A stretch of 64,000 nucleotides of DNA from Histomonas meleagridis 2922-C6/04-290x (Eukaryota; Protista; Parabasalia). This document shows, one piece after another, positions 33,261-43,594 of the stretch. A model generated the notes under the pieces. The model made no database searches and was not told where the DNA came from. It saw nothing but the letters and a program-made list of their open reading frames with translations. The position numbers were made by a program, and so were the translations under genes. The stretch's first letter is position 1, and the number at the start of each line of letters is the position of its first letter. The stretch spans positions 310,001 through 374,000 of the forward strand of contig JAANOX010000278.1 in the NCBI GenBank assembly GCA_020184695.1, given 5' to 3'.

Positions 33261-35065
33261 TGTTTGAATAAATCATGCTATATGTTTGATTGTAATTTTT
33301 CCATTAAATTAAACCTTGAAACAAGATCGCTTAGATCAAAGAAATAATGGTCATCAAGTATTATCTAATTGTGTTGATTAATTGCAATAATAATTATCTA
33401 TTATGATGACTAACTTCTTGGATTTTGGAAAAAATCTATATCATGAAATTAAGATCTATGTGGGCAATATAAATCATAAAACTGATCAAGAGCTGAATGC
33501 ATCGATCATCCGATGCTCGATTTTTGTGTCCTTCTGTTGTGGTTGTCCGTGAATTTCTGTGGTAGGAGGGCAAATTTGAATGATTTTACCAGCAGATTTT
33601 GAAAATTGTGAGTGGTGAACTGATATAATCTAATTTTGAATTTGTTGACAGAGGAATTTGAGTTAATGTCATTTTTGTTTAGGGCTCAAATTCAAACCGA
33701 AAATGTAACCACACCCAATTCAGTTTTGCTTTTTCAAAGCTTTTCAATCATGTGGGTAAACAATAAAGAAACTTGACCCGATTATAATCGTGTTTAGTTT
33801 TTATAAAATCATTTTCATGTAACCAAGCAAAAAGGAACGCCCTGGAAGAGACAATTTTGGTTATAAAGAAGAAAAGATTTATGTCCTTCAAATGATCAGT
33901 AATCAGAAATAATTTTTGATAATTTGATGACTTATTCAAGGATTGGAGTTCATTATACGAAGAGTAAAACGCTATATATCTTTTAATGATGTATTAGTTC
34001 TTTACTCCACTAGAGTTTTTATCCAAACATAAAACAAAGATAATCATGCTGTTCATCTTTAAGCTTGCTGCGTCTGCAGTCGGTTTTAATAAGTGTAATG
34101 GAAGATAAGGGAATATAATTATCTTAAAATATTATTTGACTTATATAAGCTAAATATTACTACACACTTACTGGTAAAGGATTGCGGTTCTGTTATTTAA
34201 TAAATTTTGTAGAAAAGTATTGCTTTAATCCCATAATTATAAATATAAAAAAAATACAAGATTTAAGAACGTTGAACGGATCATCAAAGTTAAGAGTTTC
34301 TTATGAATAAGCTGTTCATAAATTTAAATTTTCGTAAATTTTTGTTGGTAAAAGCCATGTTCACGCAATAGAAGATTGTTTTAGTCAAATGACCCAACGC
34401 GTTAAAAGATTTTCATCTGTTTGAATTTTTACTGTTTTTTTTTGGGGTTGACCAAATTACAATTTAATTTAGATATTTGAATACATCGTAAACTTTTTAA
34501 AGTTTTCGTTTCCCAATGGCCGCTCATTAACCTCGTATCTATACATATCGGGTTTTTTTATCCATGTGAAGTAAACGGCATAAAAATTAACTTTTTCAAT
34601 ACGGTACCGTTGGAAACGCTGCGAAAAGTTTGGTATACCACCAAGCGTTCTAACCCAACATATGAACAAAAAATTAACAATTACTGTTTCTTCCAAAGGT
34701 ATGTTCATATGTTCCTTTTATGTGTAAAGCAGTTATCTGGTTCCATCTCTATTCGAACTTTTTAATTAAACCACTGCTAAGAATAATTTTTTGAAATTTT
34801 CACTTCTCAAGCCTTTTTAAAAAGCAAATCAATACAAACATTGTAAATGCTTGTAACAAATTTTGTTAATTTTTTTCTTTTGACAAGAATCCATACTTTT
34901 CATGAAAAAATTAACAACTTAACAGAAATTTTTACTATTCCATAATAAACATTTAGCAGCATTTCTCCTGAAAAAAACTCATTCAACATTGTATTTGAGG
35001 CACCCTTGTTTTGAACGTTAATTTACTCGTTAATTGAATAAAGCATTCAACTGCCATTTTCCAAG

Positions 35066-35604
35066 ATGACAAACCCTAAAGTTTGGCTTAATGTGTTTGA
35101 TTAAATTCTAATTTTAGATCTTTTAATGGCACGAAAAATGGAAAAATTGTGATAGAACTTTTTGCAGATAGAGTTCCACGAACGGCGGAAAATTTCAGAA
35201 TGTTATGCACAGGAGAAAAAGGCGTTGGAAGATCCGGAGCAAAACTACACTATAAAGGATGTAAATTCCATAAAATCATACCTAATTTTATAATTCAATC
35301 TGGTGACTTCATATCAAATGATGGAAGTCAAAATGAAAGTATATATGGTCCACGGTTTGAAGACGAAAACTTTGCAATCAAGCACGACCAACCAGGAATT
35401 GTTTCAATGGCAAACAATGGAAGAAATACTAATGGAAGTCAATTCTTCATTACTTTGGTGAAAGCGCAATGGCTTGACAATCACTATGTTGCATTTGGTA
35501 AGGTTGTAGAGGGAATGGACGTTGTTGAAGCAATACAGGCTGCTGGATCAAGCAATGGTGTTCCCAAACAAAACATTGTAATTTCTGATTGTGGTGAAGT
35601 TTGA
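35066..35604 (+). CDS. Cyclophilin (peptidyl-prolyl isomerase), two exons: 35066-35094 and 35118-35604
   Basis: The spliced product is [37 protein letters not shown]...[15 protein letters not shown]...SMAN...NGSQFFIT...WLD. Unspliced, the ATG at 35066 is out of frame with the domain. Confidence 0.92.
35095..35117 (+). other. 23-nt spliceosomal intron GTTTGATTAAATTCTAATTTTAG
   Basis: GT...AG boundaries and a CTAA branch-like motif near the 3' end; removal restores the conserved cyclophilin N-terminus. Confidence 0.85.
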
Positions 35605-35990
35605 AATAAACAAAATATTCACAATGTTGTTCATTGTTGTAATGGAAATAACTTATCACTTGCTTCATTAAATCCAATTTTTTTTTAATTAAAATATTTT
35701 TCTGCAAATATTTTCGTATAATCATGTTTACGGAAACACAATGCAACATGCTCTTTAGTGTGATTTTTATTATAATTTTTTTTTTTTTTTGAATTTGATT
35801 TAAATCAAGAATTTATTTTGTAATCTCATAATAAGAAAAATTGATATAGAAGTAGATTTTCTATTAGTATCAAAGCGATAACAAGAAAAATTAATTACAT
35901 TACAAAATTAGAATTAATTCTAATAAATACAATTTCAAAAAAAAAAAAAAACCTTGTTTGATATATATATAATTATTCAGTAATTATGAT

Positions 35991-36527
35991 TTACTGAGCA
36001 GCCTTAGCTTTCTTTTCTCTCATTCTGCGACTTCTGGCACGACGAGCAGCGATTTGTTGTTGAAGGTTCTTTTCTCTTTCATTTTCTACTTTAAGTGTGT
36101 GAATATGTTCCATTAAAACGCGTTTGTTACGGAATTCATTACCTTTAGCTTTGAGATATAATTTGCGATATAAGTGGGAATCGATTTCCTTTTTCTGTTT
36201 GAAGTCCCTGAGTGTGCGACGGAGAACGCGGATACGACGGATCCATTGCCACTTTGAATTAAGACGGGCATTACGTGTACCACGGCGCTTACCATAGCCC
36301 CTATGACGACCAAGGCGCTTAGCAAGAACGCGCTTGGTATGGCGAGCGCTAGAATGCATGGCAACTGGGCGACGAACAATGATTCCATCACCAACAAGCT
36401 TTCTGATCTGTTGACGTGAGTTTGCCATTGCGATAGTGGAAATTTCTGTCTCATCCATCCAAACACGGCCAACGCCACAGTTGAGGACTGATGCTGCTAA
36501 TCTCTTCTGAAGTTTGAGGCTTGACAT
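35991..36527 (-). CDS. RPL19: 60S ribosomal protein L19 (eL19)
   Basis: [64 protein letters not shown]. The start is placed at 36527. Confidence 0.98.
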   Translation of the reverse strand: MSSLKLQKRLAASVLNCGVGRVWMDETEISTIAMANSRQQIRKLVGDGIIVRRPVAMHSSARHTKRVLAKRLGRHRGYGKRRGTRNARLNSKWQWIRRIRVLRRTLRDFKQKKEIDSHLYRKLYLKAKGNEFRNKRVLMEHIHTLKVENEREKNLQQQIAARRARSRRMREKKAKAAQ

Positions 36528-36534
36528 CTTTCCA

Positions 36535-36539
36535 AAAGG
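36535..36539 (-). promoter_or_regulatory. CCTTT (M5-type) core promoter motif of RPL19
   Basis: The minus strand reads cccCCTTTtggaaagATG; the same motif precedes RPL12. Confidence 0.5.
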
Positions 36540-36761
36540 GGGACTTGGTCGTTCAAAACCGTAGTAACCGATTGTTGACAAGTGTTGACAAAAGCATTAT
36601 TGAAACATTTTTGATCTGAAAGTACACAATTCCGACTTTTTGTTGAATGTATGTATCGTTCATAATAATGTGTTAATTTTGATCGTTTCTCAAGTATTTG
36701 ATAACTTTATGAAAATTTGTTTTTTTCTTTCGTCACATTACCTTGCAATTATCTCGCTTTT

Positions 36762-37403
36762 ATGTCATTGCAAAATGAAGAAGAAAAAATTCATTTTATT
36801 TTGCAAAAAGTTTTAATGATATCACTTAATTATATTGACAAATTCCAATTTATGTGTTCTGCGTTACATAACATTTATATTCCAGACAATAATCCGACTC
36901 GTGGAGTAGATTTTTATAAATTTCAGAACAACTTCCTTGGAGAAAATATAGAAATATGTTTTTATGACACAAGTGGCCAAGAATTATATGGGAAATTCCG
37001 TAAAATAATATCAGAAGACGCAAAGGCAATAATGCTTTTATACAACTCATCTTCACGGTATAGTTTTATGCATATTTGTGAAACAATAAAAAATACTCCA
37101 TGGTCCGATGCACCAAATGTTCAAGGAAGTTTTTTCATAATTGCAATAAATTCAACAAATGATAAGGTTGAAGTTCCATCTTCAGAAGGGAAAAACTTAG
37201 CAAGTTCAAACAATATGATTTTTTTAGAAGCAACTCCATCATTTCCGCAAACATGTCGATATGTTATTGATAAGATTGGCGACCACCTTGCATCAAAGCT
37301 TCTCAAGGATGATATATCCAATGATTTTGTAATAAGTAATGTACAAAATCTAGAAGACAATGATAATACATATCAAAGAAATTCTTATTGTTCAATAGAA
37401 TAA
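36762..37403 (+). CDS. Degenerate Rab/Ras-like small GTPase
   Basis: PTRGVDF (switch I), FYDTSGQE (G3) and IFLEAT (G5) are present. The P-loop position reads ISLNYIDKF and G4 is degenerate. Confidence 0.75.
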   Translation: MSLQNEEEKIHFILQKVLMISLNYIDKFQFMCSALHNIYIPDNNPTRGVDFYKFQNNFLGENIEICFYDTSGQELYGKFRKIISEDAKAIMLLYNSSSRYSFMHICETIKNTPWSDAPNVQGSFFIIAINSTNDKVEVPSSEGKNLASSNNMIFLEATPSFPQTCRYVIDKIGDHLASKLLKDDISNDFVISNVQNLEDNDNTYQRNSYCSIE

Positions 37404-38102
37404 AAAATCAAAAAAAAATTATGTATAAAATGTTATAAGTATCAGTAAATATATGTTTCTTTAGAAAAGAATTTTTGATATTTATAAGACTTGCTCAACT
37501 GAAAGAAAAATAGAAAGTTGTTTAGAAATAAAATATCTGTTTTGATGATAAGGTGTAACATTAAGTTTGTAATTAATTACTTTTCCATTTTTCAAAAGAA
37601 TACAACATAAAGCATTTTTAAAAAGAAATGAATTAAATATAATAAAATTTAATATGATACTAAACAATCCAAATTAAATGTTTATTTGATTATAATGCTT
37701 AACATTTAAAGATTTAATAAATACAATCTTGTAAAGAATATCTTCATTCATTCCAACGACATAAAGGAAAAATTGGTAATAACTCAAAAAACATTATGCA
37801 TTTCAGCTGAAATCAAAGAGTGAACGATAAAAAGCATTTATAATTATTAAAACTGGTTGATCGAGAAAATTTGCATTAAGTGGAATATTTCATATTTAGC
37901 ATACAATATAATTCAGATTGATAAATAAACTCATTTTGTACAAGTTAGCAATAGGTATTTTACGAGTAGCAAAAAATTAATGAAATGTCATAAGCAAAAT
38001 CTTCACTTTGCACAACTGCTGTGATGTATTGAAAAAATTTGAATTGAAAATTTCCCTCAAAATTTCGTTGAAAATACGTTAGTCCGTTGAAACCTACCAG
38101 CA

Positions 38103-39050
38103 ATGAAAGGTGTTGTGCAATGGATTGCCGATGTGGCTTTACGGCCAGCTCGGGCGTCCTATGATGTCAACAATACTGTTACAGTTGTTCAATCCGCAGA
38201 AAATCATGTTTATAGAAGAATTCCAGTAACATTTAAAAATTCCAAATCGCTTACTTTATATGGGAGTCTTTGGCATGACATAGACAATGAAACCCCAACT
38301 GTGTGTATGATTTTTCTTCATTCTCTTGGTAATAATCAATTTGAAGCTTTAAATTTGATTCCATTTCTTTGCACGCCTGACCTTGCAATGTTTTGTTTTG
38401 ATTTCACTGGAAGCGGCAATTCGGAGGGAGACTTCATACCAATCCTTTGTCATGGATTTGAAGATGTCCTTGCAGCTTCAAATTTTATTCGCTCAGAATT
38501 CCATATTACTAAAATTGGTTTATGGGGCCGATCTTTAGGGGCAGCCATAGGTCTTAACACAGTATCTGCATCCAATAATTTTTTTTGTTTTATATCAGAT
38601 TCAGCTTTTTCATCAATCTATGACATTGTATATGACCATGCTCGAAAGTATGGGATTCCCTCCTTCTTTATGAAGTTTATTGAGCCACTTCTTATCCGCG
38701 AGGCTCGAAATGTCATTGGAGATGAAGTCGATATTAATTATCCACTTCGAGATATACCATGCGCCAGAGTTCCACTACTTATGGGCCATGGCAAATCCGA
38801 TACTTTTGTTCCTCTAGCTGAGGGAAAAGCAATTTTTGACAAATACGGATGTCAAGAAAAACAGTTTTACATTTTTTGTGGGAAACATAATTCTCCTCGT
38901 CCAAGGCAATGGTACGAAACAGCTGCACGCTTTATTTATCGGCATGCCGGAATTCGATTTCCCGTAAGAAATTATGATTCGGAACTAAGAAATTCTTTTC
39001 TTCACGTGGGCGATCCCGAAAGAATTATACAGGCAATAACTTTAATATAA
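38103..39050 (+). CDS. Alpha/beta-hydrolase (serine hydrolase)
   Basis: FLHSLG, FDFTGSGNSEG, GLWGRSLGAA nucleophile elbow, HGKSDTFV, GKHNSPR. Confidence 0.9.
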   Translation: MKGVVQWIADVALRPARASYDVNNTVTVVQSAENHVYRRIPVTFKNSKSLTLYGSLWHDIDNETPTVCMIFLHSLGNNQFEALNLIPFLCTPDLAMFCFDFTGSGNSEGDFIPILCHGFEDVLAASNFIRSEFHITKIGLWGRSLGAAIGLNTVSASNNFFCFISDSAFSSIYDIVYDHARKYGIPSFFMKFIEPLLIREARNVIGDEVDINYPLRDIPCARVPLLMGHGKSDTFVPLAEGKAIFDKYGCQEKQFYIFCGKHNSPRPRQWYETAARFIYRHAGIRFPVRNYDSELRNSFLHVGDPERIIQAITLI

Positions 39051-39581
39051 TTATTTTGTTAGTAAATAAATTAGAATATAAATTTATAATTTTTTTGATG
39101 TTTATTGTTTTCATTCCTTTTTTAATGTGAATTATAAATATTTTTTTTTATGCAAAGTATTTAATCTTTATTGATTTAATGCATATACAACATTGCAATG
39201 TCTTTCTTTCTTATGTACTGATTTGAAATTTTATTAATTTCATTAGGATGAAATTATTTATATAAGTTAAATACCATTAAATGCATCAGTTCCAAATTTT
39301 GCTTGAATACCAATTGGTAAAGATGAATTGCATTAGTTTACAACATTTATGAAGTCATTTAGTGCAGAATAAACAAATAAATTCTAATACATATTTTTTT
39401 TTTAATATTACATTGAATTTATTGGGAAAAAACTTATGCATAAACATCTTATAAAACATTTTAAATAAATATATAAATATATATCATAAAATCAATTTTA
39501 TCAAATTTTTTAAAACAACATATAAAATTTGTGTTCCAAAATGTTTTTACTATGCTCTCGAAAATATTTATAAGGAACATG

Positions 39582-40886
39582 TTACTTGATGAACAGAGCA
39601 ATAATTAATGCAATAGCCAAAACCATATAGTAAATCTTTATGTTTGATTTGTTTCCATTTGGTGGTCGTGGTTGTTCTGGATCTATATGTTGTGGTTGTT
39701 CTGGATCTATATGTTGTGGTTGTTCTGGATCTATATATTGTGGTTGTTCTGGATCTATATGTTGTGGTTGTTCTGGATCTATATATTGTGGTTGTTCTGG
39801 ATCTATCTGTTGTGTCGTTTGATCAAATAAAGCAAACTTTGCAGCAGCTCCATAAGATACAACCTCTTCAAATTTCACATCATCAAGTACAGGCAGCTCT
39901 TTTTCAAAAAAGTCTTTTAGCTTATTCCTTATTTCTGCTATATTTGATGAACCACCAGCAAGGAGAATTTCATTAACGTTCTCCTTTGAAATTTTGGTGG
40001 TTTCTAAGAATTTACTAACGGTCTCTATAATGCCGTTGAACATCTTTTCGCAAACATTTTTGAATTGCTCATATTTAACAGTTATATGACTACCAAATGA
40101 CTTTCCTTGGAAAGTTGCACGAAAGCTTGAATCCCGCTCATTACTAAGAGTAATTTTAACATTTTCGGAATTCTTCTTTATGATGTCAATGTCTCCATCA
40201 GATAAATTCTGCTTCTGCCTTCCAAAATTATTTTTGATCAAATCTACAATTAATGAATCTATGACATCGCTATTGATGGTTGGAAATTCTTCGCTAGCTA
40301 AGATTTTGCAGTTTTCAGCATTCTCATCAACATATACAAGGGATAAATTAAGTGTTATTCCAAAGTCAAAAATCAGGACAGTTTTCTTATCTTGGATTTT
40401 TTTTTGATATAAGTAAGCAAGAGCTACAGCAATTGGACTTTGTACAACATCAATAAACGTAAATTCAGCTTGTTCTGCCATTTGTTTTATAAGTTCAATT
40501 TTATCATCTTTATATGAAGCTGGAACTGCTATAATAACAGCATTTTCATAATGACTATCCTTAATCATTGACTCTAAGCATTTGATGTAAATGTCTTTTG
40601 GAGTGAATGTTTTTTTTTCATCATCTATCTCAATTTCAAAAATCTCTTCGCTACCAATTTTTCGAACGAAATCAGATATCACACTATTTGAGCCATATTC
40701 GTTTGGAATGCCAAAAACATATTTATAATTGTCACCTTTCTTCTTCTTCTTGATCACAACATTGGTAGGCTTTGTTTTTTTGTTAAAATCAACGCTTAAT
40801 ACGGTGACTTTGTTCTCTTCCTTAGCATAAACACTGATACAACTTGTTGAGTTACCTATATCAATTCCAAGACAATCTGAGATCAT
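39582..40886 (-). CDS. Divergent Hsp70-like protein (nucleotide-binding domain only) with repeat stalk and C-terminal membrane anchor
   Basis: GIDIGNSTS, IAVPASY, PIAVALAY, IFDFG, LAGGSSNI, EEVVSYGAA; then (IDPEQPQx)6 and IYYMVLAIALIIALFIK*. Confidence 0.85.
   Translation of the reverse strand: MISDCLGIDIGNSTSCISVYAKEENKVTVLSVDFNKKTKPTNVVIKKKKKGDNYKYVFGIPNEYGSNSVISDFVRKIGSEEIFEIEIDDEKKTFTPKDIYIKCLESMIKDSHYENAVIIAVPASYKDDKIELIKQMAEQAEFTFIDVVQSPIAVALAYLYQKKIQDKKTVLIFDFGITLNLSLVYVDENAENCKILASEEFPTINSDVIDSLIVDLIKNNFGRQKQNLSDGDIDIIKKNSENVKITLSNERDSSFRATFQGKSFGSHITVKYEQFKNVCEKMFNGIIETVSKFLETTKISKENVNEILLAGGSSNIAEIRNKLKDFFEKELPVLDDVKFEEVVSYGAAAKFALFDQTTQQIDPEQPQYIDPEQPQHIDPEQPQYIDPEQPQHIDPEQPQHIDPEQPRPPNGNKSNIKIYYMVLAIALIIALFIK
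39669..39812 (-). repeat. 24-bp coding tandem repeat (IDPEQPQ[Y/H]), 6 copies
   Basis: tggttgttctggatctat recurs every 24 bp from 39669. Confidence 0.95.
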
Positions 40887-41265
40887 TGCAAAAAAAAAAA
40901 ATGCCGTTTTGAATGTAAAAAATAAAGATCACAAAACGTTTACAATTTTCAGAGATTTATTTAAAATCGATTATTCTTTTTGGCAATTATAAAAAATAAT
41001 TTACTTGAATTCAAGAAAAATCTCCTCAATCAACTTCTGCTTAGTTTTTTATAGAGCACTAAATTCAATATTTTCGTGTAAGTATGATCTATCAACAATT
41101 CCCAACAAAATTTATGTAATCACTAACGAGCATAAATTAAATGCACATAAAAAACGTTTTAATAGTATTATAAAATTATAAAATGTTTAATAATATATTT
41201 GATATATTTAAAAGTTAAAAAAAGTAATTAAAACATATTAAAAAAAAATAGAAAATTTGAAATGT

Positions 41266-41525
41266 TTAATGGAGTTTGTATCCAAATTTACGGAGATTTG
41301 AGCATTCTTTGTTGCAAGATCTACTAACTCAGGGTCATTTCCTTCTGTGCGGATGAGACATGGACCACTTGCTTCGCAAAATGCAAGACCAAACTTTATT
41401 CCAGGAGCTGATTGAATAAGTGTTTCATAAATATCTTCAACAGTCTTAATAAAGTGTGATTGCCCAAAAATAAGGTTGAGTTCTTCTGGGTTTTCAACTT
41501 GAACTAGCTCAAATGAGACAGCCAT
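41266..41525 (-). pseudogene. Adenosine-specific kinase family (Adenosine_kin/DUF355-type) gene with an internal deletion and frameshift
   Basis: N-terminal half GQSHFIKTVEDIYE...PGIKFGLAFCEASGPCLIRTEGND; after ...KNAQ the other frame reads LRKFGYKLH*, the family C-terminus. Confidence 0.8.
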
Positions 41526-41955
41526 ATCCAAAGTGAAATACGGTTAAAAGTGCCATCAAAACCGTTTAATATTTAATACATTTTATCACATACAGAAAAT
41601 CCTAATTTGAAATGAAATTAGAAAATGATATCATTTCCGAAGATAAAATCAAATGACAAGTATTTTCAGAATATTTATGTCATAGATTTTTTTTACAATT
41701 AAAATTCGATCAAAATTTCAACCTTGAATATAATTTGATTTTTCTTAGCTTAAGCATTTATCTAATAGCAAATATATAAAGAATAATACTTTAATCAGAA
41801 AAACATCTTTATATATATTCTAAGCAATTTATTTATAAAAAAAACTAAAATTCCGCTTAATATAAAAAGTGGAAATTCAAATCTGAAAAAGTTTCCAACG
41901 TATTACGATACGTATCGTAAAATCGATTTTTAACGCTTTACACAAATGTGACACT

Positions 41956-43371
41956 TCATTCAGGGGAATAATACTTCCAAATACACACAGTTCCTTCGCC
42001 GCTACAAGATGCAAAGCATCTTAGACTAGGATGATGTGCAATACCGAAAATTGTGTCTTGATGAACTTTAATTCCACATAATTGTTCACCAGTTTTTTGT
42101 TCCCAAATTCTAATTGTTTGATCTTTTGATCCCGAAAATACCAAATTTTCAAAAGGTGAAAACGTAACAACTAAAGGGAAGTTTTTGTGTCCCTCCAAAG
42201 TATGCCTTAACGTTGCAATTCCATGAAGAGACCAAATTTTAATTGTATTATCTTTTGAAGATGTTGCAATATCATTATTGCACGGCGATACAGCGATAGT
42301 TAGTAATGTTTGTTGGTGGGCAGGATAACTCATCATCGGTTGTTCAAATTTGTTATCATATATCCCAATCCTTCCATTAGCAAACCCAACAGCATAAAAT
42401 GAAAACTTTGTAGATGTTACTACACGTGATATTATTCCATTTGGTGCATTATCACCATGTTCAAGATGTTTCACTAATTCATATGAATTGAGGTCCCAAA
42501 CGTTTATATAACCGTCAAAACCGGCGGTTATTAACGTATTCTCCTTTGAACCGAAGATGATGGAGTTTACATCCTTCCGATGGCCATGAAACGTGTGTAA
42601 AAGGCCTTTGGTTCCAATGTCATACAATAAAATGGTGTAGTTAGGGCCACTAACTGCAATATATTTATCGTTGGGTGAAAATTGTATAACACGTGCATAA
42701 TAAGGATTGATTCCATCAGATGGAGGAAGAGATATGCTTTTTATGAGGAAGCCATCTTCGGGTTCGACAATAAAAATATTTTTACTATCACTAAAAGCAA
42801 GAATAGAGCCATCATTTGAAAATTGTATGGAACAGATTGTGGTTTGAGTCGTACGAAGAGTATGCTTAAGGGAGACTTTATTGCCGAAAAAGCCATTAGA
42901 TAATGAATAAATTTGAGGAGTTATCACAATGCTGCTAAGTTTTTGTTCGCTTTGAGATGATGATGGTGGTGATGTAGGAGAATGAGATGGTGTAGGAGAA
43001 GGAGATGGTACGTGTTCTTTCTCATCAACCACTTCTGTCTCTTTTATCTGTTTTTTGCCCAAATAGTTTTCAAGATCTTTTCTTTCATCAACACTTAATA
43101 TGTATTTTATACGAATTTTGTTGTAAACTTCATGAAGTCTTTCGTATTCTTCATCACACTGCTGTAATCGAATTTCATAATTTGTGCGTATTTTTTCAAG
43201 TCGAAAATAATCTTCTTTTAAAGCATTAATATTTTGTTTTGCAATTGCAATCTTTCTAGCAATGGAATCAATTTTTTCAAGGTCCTCATTTTTGGGAAAT
43301 TTTACTGGTATTGTTTCATTTTTGTTTGGGTTTGATTCCATCCCCAAAAATGGTTTGGAGAATATTGACAC
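41956..43371 (-). CDS. WD40-repeat protein with an N-terminal coiled coil (Tup1-like architecture)
   Basis: Coiled coil and Ser/Pro linker, then repeats HTFHGHRKDV...INVWD, HTLEGH...TIRIWE, ending CIWKY. Confidence 0.88.
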   Translation of the reverse strand: MSIFSKPFLGMESNPNKNETIPVKFPKNEDLEKIDSIARKIAIAKQNINALKEDYFRLEKIRTNYEIRLQQCDEEYERLHEVYNKIRIKYILSVDERKDLENYLGKKQIKETEVVDEKEHVPSPSPTPSHSPTSPPSSSQSEQKLSSIVITPQIYSLSNGFFGNKVSLKHTLRTTQTTICSIQFSNDGSILAFSDSKNIFIVEPEDGFLIKSISLPPSDGINPYYARVIQFSPNDKYIAVSGPNYTILLYDIGTKGLLHTFHGHRKDVNSIIFGSKENTLITAGFDGYINVWDLNSYELVKHLEHGDNAPNGIISRVVTSTKFSFYAVGFANGRIGIYDNKFEQPMMSYPAHQQTLLTIAVSPCNNDIATSSKDNTIKIWSLHGIATLRHTLEGHKNFPLVVTFSPFENLVFSGSKDQTIRIWEQKTGEQLCGIKVHQDTIFGIAHHPSLRCFASCSGEGTVCIWKYYSPE

Positions 43372-43594
43372 TTTTTGCGAAACCTGCCAAAATGTTTCTG
43401 ATCATGTAAACGGCTGCTATGCTCATATTGTGCTTTCAATGCGAACACCAATGTAATTTAATGTTTAACTAACAAAAGCTTTAGCGTTTGCTAAAAAATA
43501 AAATCTAGAATATATATTTGCCGTTTTAATATTTTTATAGTTTCTTTTGTGTGTGATTTTAGAAGAATTTGATTTTTGTACGTTAAAGTGAAAA

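Noticed and set aside
33490-33580. Hairpin GCATCG-atcatc-CGATGC followed by an Sm-site-like AATTTCTGTGGTAG
   Set aside because: No recognisable snRNA 5' or functional motifs; short hairpins arise by chance
39270-39380. Short minus-strand frame ...IQAKFGTDAFNG, reminiscent of an LRR/beta-helix remnant
   Set aside because: Too short and interrupted by stops to support a call
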